In this document: positions 8,723-17,886 of the stretch, piece after piece | Numbering within the stretch: position 1 is the first letter of the stretch | Layout of the letters: every line of letters begins with the position of its first letter | Assembly (NCBI RefSeq): GCF_000018785.1 | Contig: NC_010163.1 | Span: forward strand, 720,001-752,000 | Direction of reading: 5' to 3' | DNA length: 32,000 nt | DNA from: Acholeplasma laidlawii PG-8A | GTDB lineage: Bacteria > Bacillota_I > Bacilli_A > Acholeplasmatales > Acholeplasmataceae | Made by a program: the position numbers and the translations under genes | The notes under the pieces: generated by a model | Told to the model about the DNA's origin: nothing | Seen by the model: only the letters and a program-made list of their open reading frames with translations | Databases searched by the model: none

Positions 8723-9929
8723 AGTCTTCACCTCCACTTAATGTATAGGTGGTTGTTAGAGTCATCATAGTTAAGACTTTCATAATGTCTTCATTAAAAA
8801 CTGCATCAATTTTCTTCATTATCTCATCAAGGGTTTCTTCATAACCAAATAAATCAGCGCTAAACTGTCTTGGAATCATACTATCTTGAAAATCAAGGGA
8901 TGAATAGATTTCGTTTTTTAGGTAATCTTTAGCTTCTTTGAGTTGATCACTTACTGGACCATCAAACATAAAATTATTAATCGTTTCAACAATGATGTTA
9001 TAAGCTAAGTCTTTACTTTCAATATTAACCCCTGCATAGATGATAAGATATGATTTATCGTACTCAAATTTGGAGTCTACATCATAAGCTAGATAATAGG
9101 TTTCTCTAAGTAATTTATATAACATACTTTCTGGATAGCCACCAATAAGCATATTTACGATTAGTGCTGCTGTATAAAGTGGATCTTTTCTATCCACATT
9201 TAAGTGATATGCAAAGAATATGTAGGCTTGTCCCATCGGTAAGGTTTCAGTGTAGTTTTGAATAGTTTTATGCACATGATTAAATTCAAGTGGTTCAATG
9301 ACGTTTTCTTGTTCGTAGGATTTTAAGACAGATAATTTATCCTTTAATTCTTGATGAATATCACCAGACACATAGAATTTTATAGTGTCATTTAAGAAGT
9401 AATTTAAGTAATAGTCATAAGTCTCTGTTAAAGACACATCAAGGGCTTCTTCAAGCGTTCCGGTAATGCTTTTACCATACGGATGATTTAAATAGATATA
9501 TTTAATCAGTTGTTCTTTTGCATAAGCAAATTTATGATCTTTTTTAGATTGTATTTCATTAATGGTGTAACGTTTAGCTTCTTCAAACACGGATGCTAGA
9601 AATGGTTTTCTATCAAAAAACATTTCTTTAATAATTTGAACAATATCATCTAACATGGCATCATCTGAAATTAGGCTTGGGTTTGGGAAAACAAAGTTAA
9701 AACGCATAATATGGTAGTCTTTTAACACAAAAACATGGTTTGTTATAAACATACCATAAAGTGCGTTAAGTTTTTTAGATAGTAGTTGTTTAGACATATA
9801 CGTTTCAGTGTAACTGGTGAGTATACGTGCTAATAAAAAGCGATACAAAAATGCATCGGATTCTATTTTTGAGACAAAATAGACTGATATATGTATCGCT
9901 TGATATTGTTTTGTTGGCAAGAAAATCAT
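8712..9929 (-). CDS. M16-family peptidase-like protein lacking the HxxEH motif (YmfF-like, probably the non-catalytic partner)
   Basis: The 405-aa length and two-domain layout are typical of M16, but there is no HxxEH near the N-terminus. Its ATG overlaps the deoD TGA (ATGA, 9926-9929). Confidence 0.65.
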   Translation of the reverse strand: MIFLPTKQYQAIHISVYFVSKIESDAFLYRFLLARILTSYTETYMSKQLLSKKLNALYGMFITNHVFVLKDYHIMRFNFVFPNPSLISDDAMLDDIVQIIKEMFFDRKPFLASVFEEAKRYTINEIQSKKDHKFAYAKEQLIKYIYLNHPYGKSITGTLEEALDVSLTETYDYYLNYFLNDTIKFYVSGDIHQELKDKLSVLKSYEQENVIEPLEFNHVHKTIQNYTETLPMGQAYIFFAYHLNVDRKDPLYTAALIVNMLIGGYPESMLYKLLRETYYLAYDVDSKFEYDKSYLIIYAGVNIESKDLAYNIIVETINNFMFDGPVSDQLKEAKDYLKNEIYSSLDFQDSMIPRQFSADLFGYEETLDEIMKKIDAVFNEDIMKVLTMMTLTTTYTLSGGEDYEV

Positions 9930-10636
9930 AATTTAGTATTTAATGCTATCTCCATCATTTTCGTAAATGCATTTTGACGTTCTTCTGCACTTGTTGCTTC
10001 ATGTGTTACTAATGAGTCAGAAATAGTTAAGATACATGCTGCATTTTTACCTGTTGCTAATGCGTTTGCAAATAATGCAAAACTTTCCATCTCAACACAT
10101 AATGCGCCATGTTTCTCATAAATATCTTTATATTCATCGCCATTAATACGATAGAATACGTCAGATGAATGAATGGTACCTTCAGTCATTGGAATACCTA
10201 AGCGTTTCGCTGTATTTTTTAATTTAGTATTTAATTTTTTTGTTGCTGATAATTTCTTTCTTCCAGATACGCCCATTGTTTTAGCATAACTTGATTCTGA
10301 CCAGCAGTTTTTAGCTATCACTACATCATATAAGTTTAATTTATCAGTGTAAGCACCTGCTGAACCAATACGAATAATATTTTCTACATCATAGAATTTA
10401 AATAATTCGTAAGAATAGATACCAATACTTGGCATACCCATTCCAGAACCCATAACTGAAATTCTTCTTCCTTTATATGTTCCAGTATAACCTAACATAT
10501 TACGTACACCATTAATTTGCACAACATCTTTTAAGTATGTTTCTGCAATAAATTTCGCACGTAATGGATCTCCTGGCATTAAAACTGTTTTAGCAATTAA
10601 GCTTTTATCTTGTAACTCAATATGTGGTGTTGCCAT
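9926..10636 (-). CDS. deoD: purine nucleoside phosphorylase, DeoD type
   Basis: MATPHI...VLMPGDPLRAKFIAE...GMGMPSIGIYSYEL...VEMESFALF. ATG 10636 is preferred (AAAGGAG lies 9 nt upstream); GTG 10639 is also possible. Confidence 0.93.
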   Translation of the reverse strand: MATPHIELQDKSLIAKTVLMPGDPLRAKFIAETYLKDVVQINGVRNMLGYTGTYKGRRISVMGSGMGMPSIGIYSYELFKFYDVENIIRIGSAGAYTDKLNLYDVVIAKNCWSESSYAKTMGVSGRKKLSATKKLNTKLKNTAKRLGIPMTEGTIHSSDVFYRINGDEYKDIYEKHGALCVEMESFALFANALATGKNAACILTISDSLVTHEATSAEERQNAFTKMMEIALNTKL

Positions 10637-11285
10637 CACTTGTTTCTCCTTTAATTAATTTGACTCCGCTAGATGTACCTAAGCGGTTAGCCCCTTTTTC
10701 TATCATTAATAATGCATCTTCTTTACTGCGGATACCGCCACTTGCTTTAATCAGTGCGTCATCTCCTACAGCTTTTTTAATCGTAACGATATCTTCAACA
10801 GATGCACCTCTTGATGCATAACCTGTAGATGTCTTAACGAATGTAGCTCCAGCTTTAACAGCTAGTTTTGAAACAAATGTGATTTGTTTCTTATCAAGAT
10901 AAGCTGTTTCAATAATCACTTTAACAGTTCTACCTTGAGCAGCCTTAACAACAGCTTTGATATCCTTAGATACACGGCTACGATCTTTAGAACGTACTGC
11001 ATCCACATCAACAACCATGTCAATTTCATCCGCACCTTGTTTAATAGCTTCTTTTGTTTCAAAAGCTTTCACTTTTGGTAAGTGTGTTCCAAAAGGAAAA
11101 CCTACAACTGTACAAACTAATACACCTGTACCTTCTAGACGAGATTTAGCGTGTGCAACCCAGATTGGTGAGACACAAACACTTTTAAACTGATGTTCAA
11201 TTGCTTCATCAATAAGTGTATCAATATCACTTAAAGTAACGATTGGACCAAGTTTAGTATGATCAATATATGTATTTAATTTCAT
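10617..11285 (-). CDS. deoC: deoxyribose-phosphate aldolase
   Basis: IDHTKLGP..., the Schiff-base region FVKTSTGY, and 222 aa. Confidence 0.93.
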   Translation of the reverse strand: MKLNTYIDHTKLGPIVTLSDIDTLIDEAIEHQFKSVCVSPIWVAHAKSRLEGTGVLVCTVVGFPFGTHLPKVKAFETKEAIKQGADEIDMVVDVDAVRSKDRSRVSKDIKAVVKAAQGRTVKVIIETAYLDKKQITFVSKLAVKAGATFVKTSTGYASRGASVEDIVTIKKAVGDDALIKASGGIRSKEDALLMIEKGANRLGTSSGVKLIKGETSDGNTTY

Positions 11286-11308
11286 ATATAATTCCTTTCA
11301 ATGTTTTT

Positions 11309-12169
11309 TTATAAATCCATGAATATATTTAGGCCTTGCTTTGTAAAACTCTTAGTAATTGGTGTCCATTTCATCTTCTTAGTCTTTTTATTAATCGACT
11401 TACTATGTTTTTTAGGAATCACTTTAGTATCTTGTAAGAAACCTGGTACATCCAGTAGTTGTTTATTGAATTTTTCTACAAATTCACCATAACTTATGAC
11501 TTTAATAACACCATCAGTTTGATGAAATAAAACATAGTCTAGAAAAGGTGGAAACACAATCGTATCATGTTCTTTCCATTCGGTTGCAATATAGGATTGT
11601 TCTTGCTCATCTTTAATAAAATAATATTTAGGTAATAATGTATCTAAATCATCATAATAGCTTTGTAAAGCATCTTTTTCATCAATGTATCTTAAGATAC
11701 CAGATAATTTTTCATCTTTAATAAAGACGTAATTGTTTGCTTCATTCGGATATTTTTCAATATAAGCACGCTTCACCATTTCAAATACTTTAAAGATACG
11801 TTCGGCATTATAAGATAATACATCTTCAAACATTTCTGATAATACAAAGAAATTAAAGCGGTCGCAGACCTTCTTAATTAATTGTATAACGTGTTTAACG
11901 AAGTAATTTGGACTTAAAATTGGTAATCTTAAGTGGAAGTTTACTTCCAAGTATTGTGGGCTTAAACGCTGAATATTGGGTACTTGTGATTTTGGTGTGA
12001 TAAAAAATACACAGCTATAGCCAAGTCTTGGATGCGTGTATAAAAATCTAACAGATTTTTCATCCATCTCAACTTCCATACCCTCGATAGTTTCAAAAAA
12101 ATCAATAACTTCTACCATATCAAGTTGCCTTGATTTTTCTTTAAAAAAGTGAATGTAGAAATGACTCAA
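11309..12169 (-). CDS. hypothetical protein (286 aa) with no recognisable domain and a basic C-terminal tail
   Basis: TTG start with a GGGGTGA RBS directly after the surE stop. The ORF ends 23 nt before deoC. There are no TM segments and no motif I can assign. The C-terminus is KKHSKSINKKTKKMKW... Confidence 0.7.
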   Translation of the reverse strand: MSHFYIHFFKEKSRQLDMVEVIDFFETIEGMEVEMDEKSVRFLYTHPRLGYSCVFFITPKSQVPNIQRLSPQYLEVNFHLRLPILSPNYFVKHVIQLIKKVCDRFNFFVLSEMFEDVLSYNAERIFKVFEMVKRAYIEKYPNEANNYVFIKDEKLSGILRYIDEKDALQSYYDDLDTLLPKYYFIKDEQEQSYIATEWKEHDTIVFPPFLDYVLFHQTDGVIKVISYGEFVEKFNKQLLDVPGFLQDTKVIPKKHSKSINKKTKKMKWTPITKSFTKQGLNIFMDL

Positions 12170-12185
12170 TTGTCATCACCCCTTA

Positions 12186-12917
12186 TTATGAATTAAATAA
12201 CTTTTCAATCTTTTTATAATCTGTTCTATCCATTTTTAATGGGGTTATTGAAACATAACCTTCATTAAATGCAGTCATATCAGCATCTTCATCTTCTTTA
12301 ACAAAGATATTAGATCCTAATATTCTATATGTATTTGGTTTATCCGTTTTAATGAATTCAGAGTGTTGAATTCTTAAACCCATTTTAGTAATACGTGTAC
12401 CAAGTACTTTTTTAAAGGATGCATGTGGATAGTTAATATTTAATATATCTGTTTCTAAATATAATTTATTTTCAATGATTTCATCTAATAATTTGATGGT
12501 TTCATCAAATATATAAGGTAATTTGATGTCAGGTGCTGAAAAAGCTATTGCATTTAACCCCATAATAGAAGCTTCAAAAGCTGCAGCTACTGTACCAGAG
12601 TATTGAACATCAATGGCTAAATTGACACCATCATTAATGCCTGATACGACAAGATCAAATTCTTGTTCAAAGACTTTCACGCCTAATCTAACACAGTCTG
12701 CAGGTGTTCCATCAACAACGATTGTTCTTACACTGCCCAATACTGGTTCAATCTCCTCAACTTCAATATAACCTGTATAGGTAATGGATGCTGATTTTGC
12801 AGATTGTTGAACTTTTGGTGCTGAGACATAGACACTTCCGTGATAGCTTGCTGCCTTTGTTAATATATGTAAACCTTCTGCATCAATTCCATCATCATTG
12901 ACTACTAAAATGTTCAT
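12186..12917 (-). CDS. surE: 5'/3'-nucleotidase SurE
   Basis: MNILVVNDDGIDAEGL... (the SurE DDG motif) and GINDGVNL. Its ATG overlaps the ileS TGA. Confidence 0.92.
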   Translation of the reverse strand: MNILVVNDDGIDAEGLHILTKAASYHGSVYVSAPKVQQSAKSASITYTGYIEVEEIEPVLGSVRTIVVDGTPADCVRLGVKVFEQEFDLVVSGINDGVNLAIDVQYSGTVAAAFEASIMGLNAIAFSAPDIKLPYIFDETIKLLDEIIENKLYLETDILNINYPHASFKKVLGTRITKMGLRIQHSEFIKTDKPNTYRILGSNIFVKEDEDADMTAFNEGYVSITPLKMDRTDYKKIEKLFNS

Positions 12918-15604
12918 TTAAGACCCTCCAGAACGCTTTCACAACGTACACATACGTCATTTTGATTTACTTCTTTAACAATATTCCAACATCTTGCACA
13001 AACATGACCATCTGCTTTAGACACTTTAATATCCAATTGATCTGCCTTTGTTATATGGACACTTGAAACAATGAGTATTTTATCTAACTTATTTAATAAG
13101 TCTAGATATTCAAGTGCATCATAAGTTGTTTGATCTACGCTTAAATCTAGGTGAGCATCCAGTGATTTACCAATCACTTTAGCTTCACGAGCTAGTTCTA
13201 AATGTTTTAATACATGATTTCTTAGTTCATCAAATATGTCATAGTTTTCTTGTAGTTTTGGTTCTTTTAGTTTACCACCAATTGGCATTTTTTCCAAATA
13301 GATGTTGTCGTATTCTTTATATTTTAGACTATCATAAGCCTCTGAAGTTGTATGAGGCATGATAGGTGTTAGTAATCTAAGTAATCCTAATAGTATATCA
13401 TAAATTGTTGATTGGATCGCACGGCGTTCAAAATCATCTTCAGCATCGCAATATAAGCTATCTTTTGTATAGTCTAAGTAAAATGCTGATAAATCATTGA
13501 CTACAAATGGAATGATGAGTCTTGTGACTTCAACAAAGTTGTATTTTGCATAACTTTCATTTACTTTTGTGGCTAAAACATAATATTTATCAGTCATAAC
13601 GCGGTTTAATTGACCACGCATAGACCAGCCAATATAGTTTACTTCTGGATTAAATCCATCTAAAACACCAAGCATAAATCTGAATGTATTTCTGAATTTT
13701 CTGTAGCTTTCAGAAACTTGTTTCATTAAATCGTTAGAAATACGTACATCTGCTTCATAGTCGACAGATGCAACCCATAATCTTAACACGTCTGCACCTT
13801 GATCGTTCATGACAGTTAAAGGATCGATAACGTTACCTAAGGATTTAGACATTTTTCTACCTTTACCATCTAAAACAAAACCGTGTGAAACAATTTCTTT
13901 ATATGGAGATACACCATCTACTGCGATTGCTGTAGTTAAACTTGAGTTAAACCAACCTCTATATTGGTCTGAACCTTCTAAATACATATCAGCAGGAAAT
14001 GGTAGACCACGACGTTTTAATATATTATAAGATGTACCACTATCAAACCAAACGTCCATGATGTCTAGTTCTTTAGTTAAGTCTCTTGGTCCTTCATAAT
14101 CGCTTGGTAAAAGTTTTTCTACATCCCATTCATACCAAATATCTGATCCGTGCACTTCAAACAATGATGCTACATGATCAATGAGTTTTCTATCTAGTAA
14201 AGGATTGTTTTCATTATCATAGAAGATTGGAATTGGAACACCCCAAACACGTTGACGGCTAATGACCCAGTCATTACGGTCTTTAATCATGTTTGTAAGT
14301 CTTACTTCACCCCAAGAAGTGTGCCATTTAACGCCTTTGATTGCTTCTAGTAAATCACCTTTTAACATGTCGATACTTGCGAACCATTGAGGTGTGGATC
14401 TAAAAATCACAGGTTTTTTAGTACGCCAGTCATGAGGATATGAGTGGGTAATCGTTTCATCATATAATAAATGACCATTCTCACGTAAATCTTCTACGAT
14501 TTGTGCGTTTGCTTTTTCATAGAACATACCAGCATAAGGACCTGCTTCTTCAGTCATATGACCTTTTTCATCAACCGGTGAAAGTAGGTCTAGATTGTAT
14601 TTTTTACCTACAAAATAGTCATCTTCCCCGTGTCCAGGTGCTGTATGAACTAAACCAGTACCATCTTCAGCTGTAACGTGTTCACCTAAGATAATTGGGC
14701 TTACACGGTCATATAATGGGTGCTTGTAGTTCATGAACTCTAATGTACTACCTTTGAATTCTTTAAGAACTTTTGCATGTGAAAAGCCTAGTTTTTCTAC
14801 TAGTTTTGGAAGTAATTCTTTTAATGCAATATAGTTTTTACCATCATTGTTAAACCATACATAATCAAAATTTGGGTGTACTGAAACAGCTAGGTTTGCT
14901 GGTAGTGTCCAAGGTGTAGTAGTCCAAATAAGTAGTTTAGTATTTGGGAATTTATCACCCATCATATCAAATCCAACATAAATAGATTTTGATTGTTTAT
15001 CCATATACTCAATTTCAGCCTCAGCAAATGCTGATTCTGAAGATGGTGACCAATAAATAGGTTTTAAACCTTTATAGATAATACCTTTATCGACCATTTG
15101 ACTAAACACTCTGACTTGGTCTGCAATATAAGATTTATCTAATGTTAAATAAGGATTATCCCAATCACCTAAGATTCCTAAACGCTTAAATTGTGCTCTT
15201 TGTACTTCTACTTGTTTAATCGCATACTCTCTACAAATTTTTCTAAATTCTGCACGTGTGAGTTGTTTACGATCTACACCACTTTTTGTAACTTCGTTTT
15301 CAATCGGTAAACCATGAGTATCCCAACCTGGAATATATGGTGTATAACGACCTGACATCGTTTGATATCTTAAAACAAAGTCTTTTAAAGTCTTTTGAAA
15401 GGCATGACCGATATGAATGTTGTTGTTAGCATATGGTGGCCCATCATGTAAAACAAATGGTGTATTGTCTTTGTTCTTTTCTAATACTTTATTGTATAAA
15501 TCGATTGATTCCCAATGTTTTTGAATTTCAGGTTCTCTTTTACCAAGATTACCTCTCATTTCAAAATCAGTTTTAGGCATTAAAAGTGTGTCTTTATAGT
15601 TCAT
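12914..15604 (-). CDS. ileS: isoleucine--tRNA ligase
   Basis: HIGH-type signature (NNNIHIGHAFQ), KMSKS, and C-terminal zinc-finger cysteines (CARCW...CVRC). 896 aa. Confidence 0.98.
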   Translation of the reverse strand: MNYKDTLLMPKTDFEMRGNLGKREPEIQKHWESIDLYNKVLEKNKDNTPFVLHDGPPYANNNIHIGHAFQKTLKDFVLRYQTMSGRYTPYIPGWDTHGLPIENEVTKSGVDRKQLTRAEFRKICREYAIKQVEVQRAQFKRLGILGDWDNPYLTLDKSYIADQVRVFSQMVDKGIIYKGLKPIYWSPSSESAFAEAEIEYMDKQSKSIYVGFDMMGDKFPNTKLLIWTTTPWTLPANLAVSVHPNFDYVWFNNDGKNYIALKELLPKLVEKLGFSHAKVLKEFKGSTLEFMNYKHPLYDRVSPIILGEHVTAEDGTGLVHTAPGHGEDDYFVGKKYNLDLLSPVDEKGHMTEEAGPYAGMFYEKANAQIVEDLRENGHLLYDETITHSYPHDWRTKKPVIFRSTPQWFASIDMLKGDLLEAIKGVKWHTSWGEVRLTNMIKDRNDWVISRQRVWGVPIPIFYDNENNPLLDRKLIDHVASLFEVHGSDIWYEWDVEKLLPSDYEGPRDLTKELDIMDVWFDSGTSYNILKRRGLPFPADMYLEGSDQYRGWFNSSLTTAIAVDGVSPYKEIVSHGFVLDGKGRKMSKSLGNVIDPLTVMNDQGADVLRLWVASVDYEADVRISNDLMKQVSESYRKFRNTFRFMLGVLDGFNPEVNYIGWSMRGQLNRVMTDKYYVLATKVNESYAKYNFVEVTRLIIPFVVNDLSAFYLDYTKDSLYCDAEDDFERRAIQSTIYDILLGLLRLLTPIMPHTTSEAYDSLKYKEYDNIYLEKMPIGGKLKEPKLQENYDIFDELRNHVLKHLELAREAKVIGKSLDAHLDLSVDQTTYDALEYLDLLNKLDKILIVSSVHITKADQLDIKVSKADGHVCARCWNIVKEVNQNDVCVRCESVLEGLK

Positions 15605-15610
15605 ATGAAT

Positions 15611-15821
15611 ATCCTTCCTTTTATTAAATAAAAACGTCCTTAAAAATAAATTCTAAGGACGAAAGTTAAATTCGCGGTACCACCTTAGTTCACAATCAAA
15701 AATTGTGCACTCAATTGATTTTTATGCTTGCTCCTAGTTGATAATAGCTGTTGTGTTTGTTTATAAGGCTTACACCATCCCTTACTCGCTTTAAACCTTT
15801 ACAAGGCTATCTGTTCTAATC
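15611..15821 (-). promoter_or_regulatory. T-box riboswitch leader (Ile specifier) controlling ileS
   Basis: All elements read on the minus strand:
- Stem-I elements (AGCGAGUAAG ... GAUGGUGUAAGCC).
- Specifier AUC followed by A (plus-strand 15740-15742).
- Conserved T-box AAGGUGGUACCGCG (plus-strand 15673-15686).
- Terminator CGUCCUUA-N11-UAAGGACG plus U5 (15630-15661).
- CUAAGG in the T-box can pair with CCUUAG in the terminator's 5' arm, which would form the antiterminator. Confidence 0.9.
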
Positions 15822-15827
15822 ATTGCA

Positions 15828-15855
15828 ATATTAATTTAAATTTGTTTTTAACCAA
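15828..15855 (-). promoter_or_regulatory. candidate promoter for the T-box/ileS unit, embedded in the sepF 3' end
   Basis: On the minus strand: TTGGTT (15850-15855), a 16-nt spacer, then TAATAT (15828-15833). The TAA is the sepF stop codon. Confidence 0.4.
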
Positions 15856-16157
15856 GTTTCTACTGTTTGATCATCATATAGATCTTTGTTACCGAATAAA
15901 TATGTTGTTTCATTGATTTCAACAATGTGACCGTTAATTGCGTATACAACACCAGACATGAATGCTATCGCTTTATTGGCTCTGTCAATGTGAAGTGCCT
16001 CAAAATTAAGTATGAGAGGCGCACCATCCATCATTTGTTTAGCCAGTGCTGTGATATATGCATCATCGTCATTTATTAATTGTTCCATAATGATACGGTC
16101 AGCAGTTTGAATATGAACTTGTTGTTTCTTTTGCTTTTTTTTACCAAATAAACCCAT
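15831..16157 (-). CDS. sepF: cell division protein SepF
   Basis: The short basic N-terminus (MGLFGKKKQKK) looks like a membrane-targeting helix. The DUF552-like core is LINDDDAYITALAKQMMDGAPLILNFEALHIDRANKAIAFMSGVVYAINGHI. The gene lies directly downstream of yggS, as in the Bacillus ylmE-sepF arrangement. Confidence 0.8.
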   Translation of the reverse strand: MGLFGKKKQKKQQVHIQTADRIIMEQLINDDDAYITALAKQMMDGAPLILNFEALHIDRANKAIAFMSGVVYAINGHIVEINETTYLFGNKDLYDDQTVETWLKTNLN

Positions 16158-16750
16158 TATATGACCCCTTTAAATAGTGATCCAATGCGTAAGAAATCAC
16201 TATGATATTTAATTGCTAATTCATAATCATTACTCATGCCCATGGATGTATAGTTGAGATTGTACTTCATCTTTAAATCATTTAATGTTTTAAAGATTTC
16301 TTCGGTTCTTACAACATCATCTATCGCACCTATTGCCATAAATCCGATTAGATTAATTTTATCATATTTTTTAATTTCTTGTATGAATTCATCTAGGTTT
16401 TCTATCAAAATACCCTCTTTATTGTCATTTTTCTCCAAATTTATTTGAATAAAACAATTTAATGGTGTATTTCTATATTTTTGTATCATACCTGCTAGCT
16501 TAATTGAGTCTAATGTATGAAGATAATCTATTTCATTGATTATGAGTTTTGTCTTATTGGATTGTAGATGTCCGATTAAGTGCCAAGAAATATCTTTTAA
16601 GTCGTTTAAGGATGATTTTTTATCTAATAAACTTTGAACATAGTTCTCACCAAAGTGTCTTGCTCCAAGATTATAGATTTTTTTCATCTCATCTATACTA
16701 AAATATTTACTTGCTACAATCGTTTTATCTAAATACTTTAAGAAACTCAT
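16157..16750 (-). CDS. yggS: YggS/YlmE family PLP-binding protein
   Basis: HFGENYVQ and WHLIGHLQSNK motifs. Its stop and the sepF start share one base (TAATG). Confidence 0.9.
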   Translation of the reverse strand: MSFLKYLDKTIVASKYFSIDEMKKIYNLGARHFGENYVQSLLDKKSSLNDLKDISWHLIGHLQSNKTKLIINEIDYLHTLDSIKLAGMIQKYRNTPLNCFIQINLEKNDNKEGILIENLDEFIQEIKKYDKINLIGFMAIGAIDDVVRTEEIFKTLNDLKMKYNLNYTSMGMSNDYELAIKYHSDFLRIGSLFKGVI

Positions 16751-17847
16751 ACATTAAACCTAAATAGAATAATGTCACCATCTTGAACGACATATTCTTT
16801 ACCTTCAATACGTACCTTACCTTTTTCTTTAGCAAGTAATGGTGTACCAAATTCAATTAAGTCATTATAAGCTAGTACTTCTGCTTTAATAAAGCCACGT
16901 TCAAAGTCTGTATGGATAATACCAGCAGCTTCAGGTGCTTTCGTACCTGTTTTAAAAGTCCAAGCACGTGCTTCCATTGGTCCACATGTAAAATATGTAT
17001 TTAATCCAAGTAATTTATAACCACTTACAATAACTGTATCTAATCCAGAACGTGTTAAACCATAACTTTCCATGAAAATTGCTTGTTCTTCTGGGTCGTC
17101 TAGTGAAGATATTTCGTATTCTACTTGTGCAGAAATTGGAATAATTTCAATATTTTCTTTTACAGCTTTAGCTTTTAAAGCTTGGAAATACGGATTACTT
17201 TCAGGGTCTACTAAATCTGTTTCAGCCATATTTGCAATATATAAAGCAGGTTTAAGACTTAAAAGATTAAATCCTTTTACGATTTTTTCTTCTTCGTCAG
17301 TAAATTCAAGGACCGATGTAGGTAGTTCATTTTCAATCATGTGTTTTACTTTAAGTAAAGCAGATTGTTCTATGATAGCTTCCTTTATCTTTACCTTCAC
17401 TTGTTTTTCTAAACGAGCAAGTCTCTTATCAACAGATTCTAAATCAGATAATCTTAATTCGATTTCAATAATTTCTAAATCTCTTAATGGATCCACTTTA
17501 CCTTCTACGTGGGTAATTTCAGAATCCTCAAAACAACGAATCACGTGTGCAATAGCATCCACTTGGCGAATGTGGCTTAAAAATTGATTACCTAAACCTT
17601 CACCACTTGATGCACCTTTTACTAAACCAGCAATATCAATAAACTCAATTGTCGTTGGAATGATTTTTCCAGACTTATAAATTGCCGCTAGTTTTTCTAA
17701 GCGCTCATCTTTAACATGAACAACACCAACGTTTGGATCGATGGTTGCAAACGGATAGTTCGCTGCTGTCACTTGAGATTTAGTTATTGCGTTAAACAAT
17801 GTGGATTTACCTACGTTTGGTAATCCTACAATACCAATACTTAACAT
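16747..17847 (-). CDS. ychF: redox-regulated ATPase YchF (Obg-like GTPase family)
   Basis: GIVGLPNVGKSTLFNA P-loop, a C-terminal TGS-like domain ending DGDIILFRFNV, and 366 aa. Confidence 0.95.
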   Translation of the reverse strand: MLSIGIVGLPNVGKSTLFNAITKSQVTAANYPFATIDPNVGVVHVKDERLEKLAAIYKSGKIIPTTIEFIDIAGLVKGASSGEGLGNQFLSHIRQVDAIAHVIRCFEDSEITHVEGKVDPLRDLEIIEIELRLSDLESVDKRLARLEKQVKVKIKEAIIEQSALLKVKHMIENELPTSVLEFTDEEEKIVKGFNLLSLKPALYIANMAETDLVDPESNPYFQALKAKAVKENIEIIPISAQVEYEISSLDDPEEQAIFMESYGLTRSGLDTVIVSGYKLLGLNTYFTCGPMEARAWTFKTGTKAPEAAGIIHTDFERGFIKAEVLAYNDLIEFGTPLLAKEKGKVRIEGKEYVVQDGDIILFRFNV

Positions 17848-17886
17848 AATCTTAATACCTTTCGTTAAAAAAGGCTTCCGCCTCTT

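Noticed and set aside
9190-9198. DnaA-box-like 9-mer cTATCCACA
   Set aside because: It is a single 8/9 match inside a coding region with no cluster of boxes or AT-rich unwinding element nearby, so it is probably chance.
10624-11193. Three plus-strand ORFs (10624-10821, 10884-11081, 10957-11193) opposite deoC
   Set aside because: They are shadow ORFs inside a clear deoC CDS, with no RBS or conserved motif.
17072-17587. 171-aa plus-strand ORF antisense to ychF
   Set aside because: It is a Ser-rich, low-complexity shadow ORF fully contained in the highly conserved ychF, with no start context.
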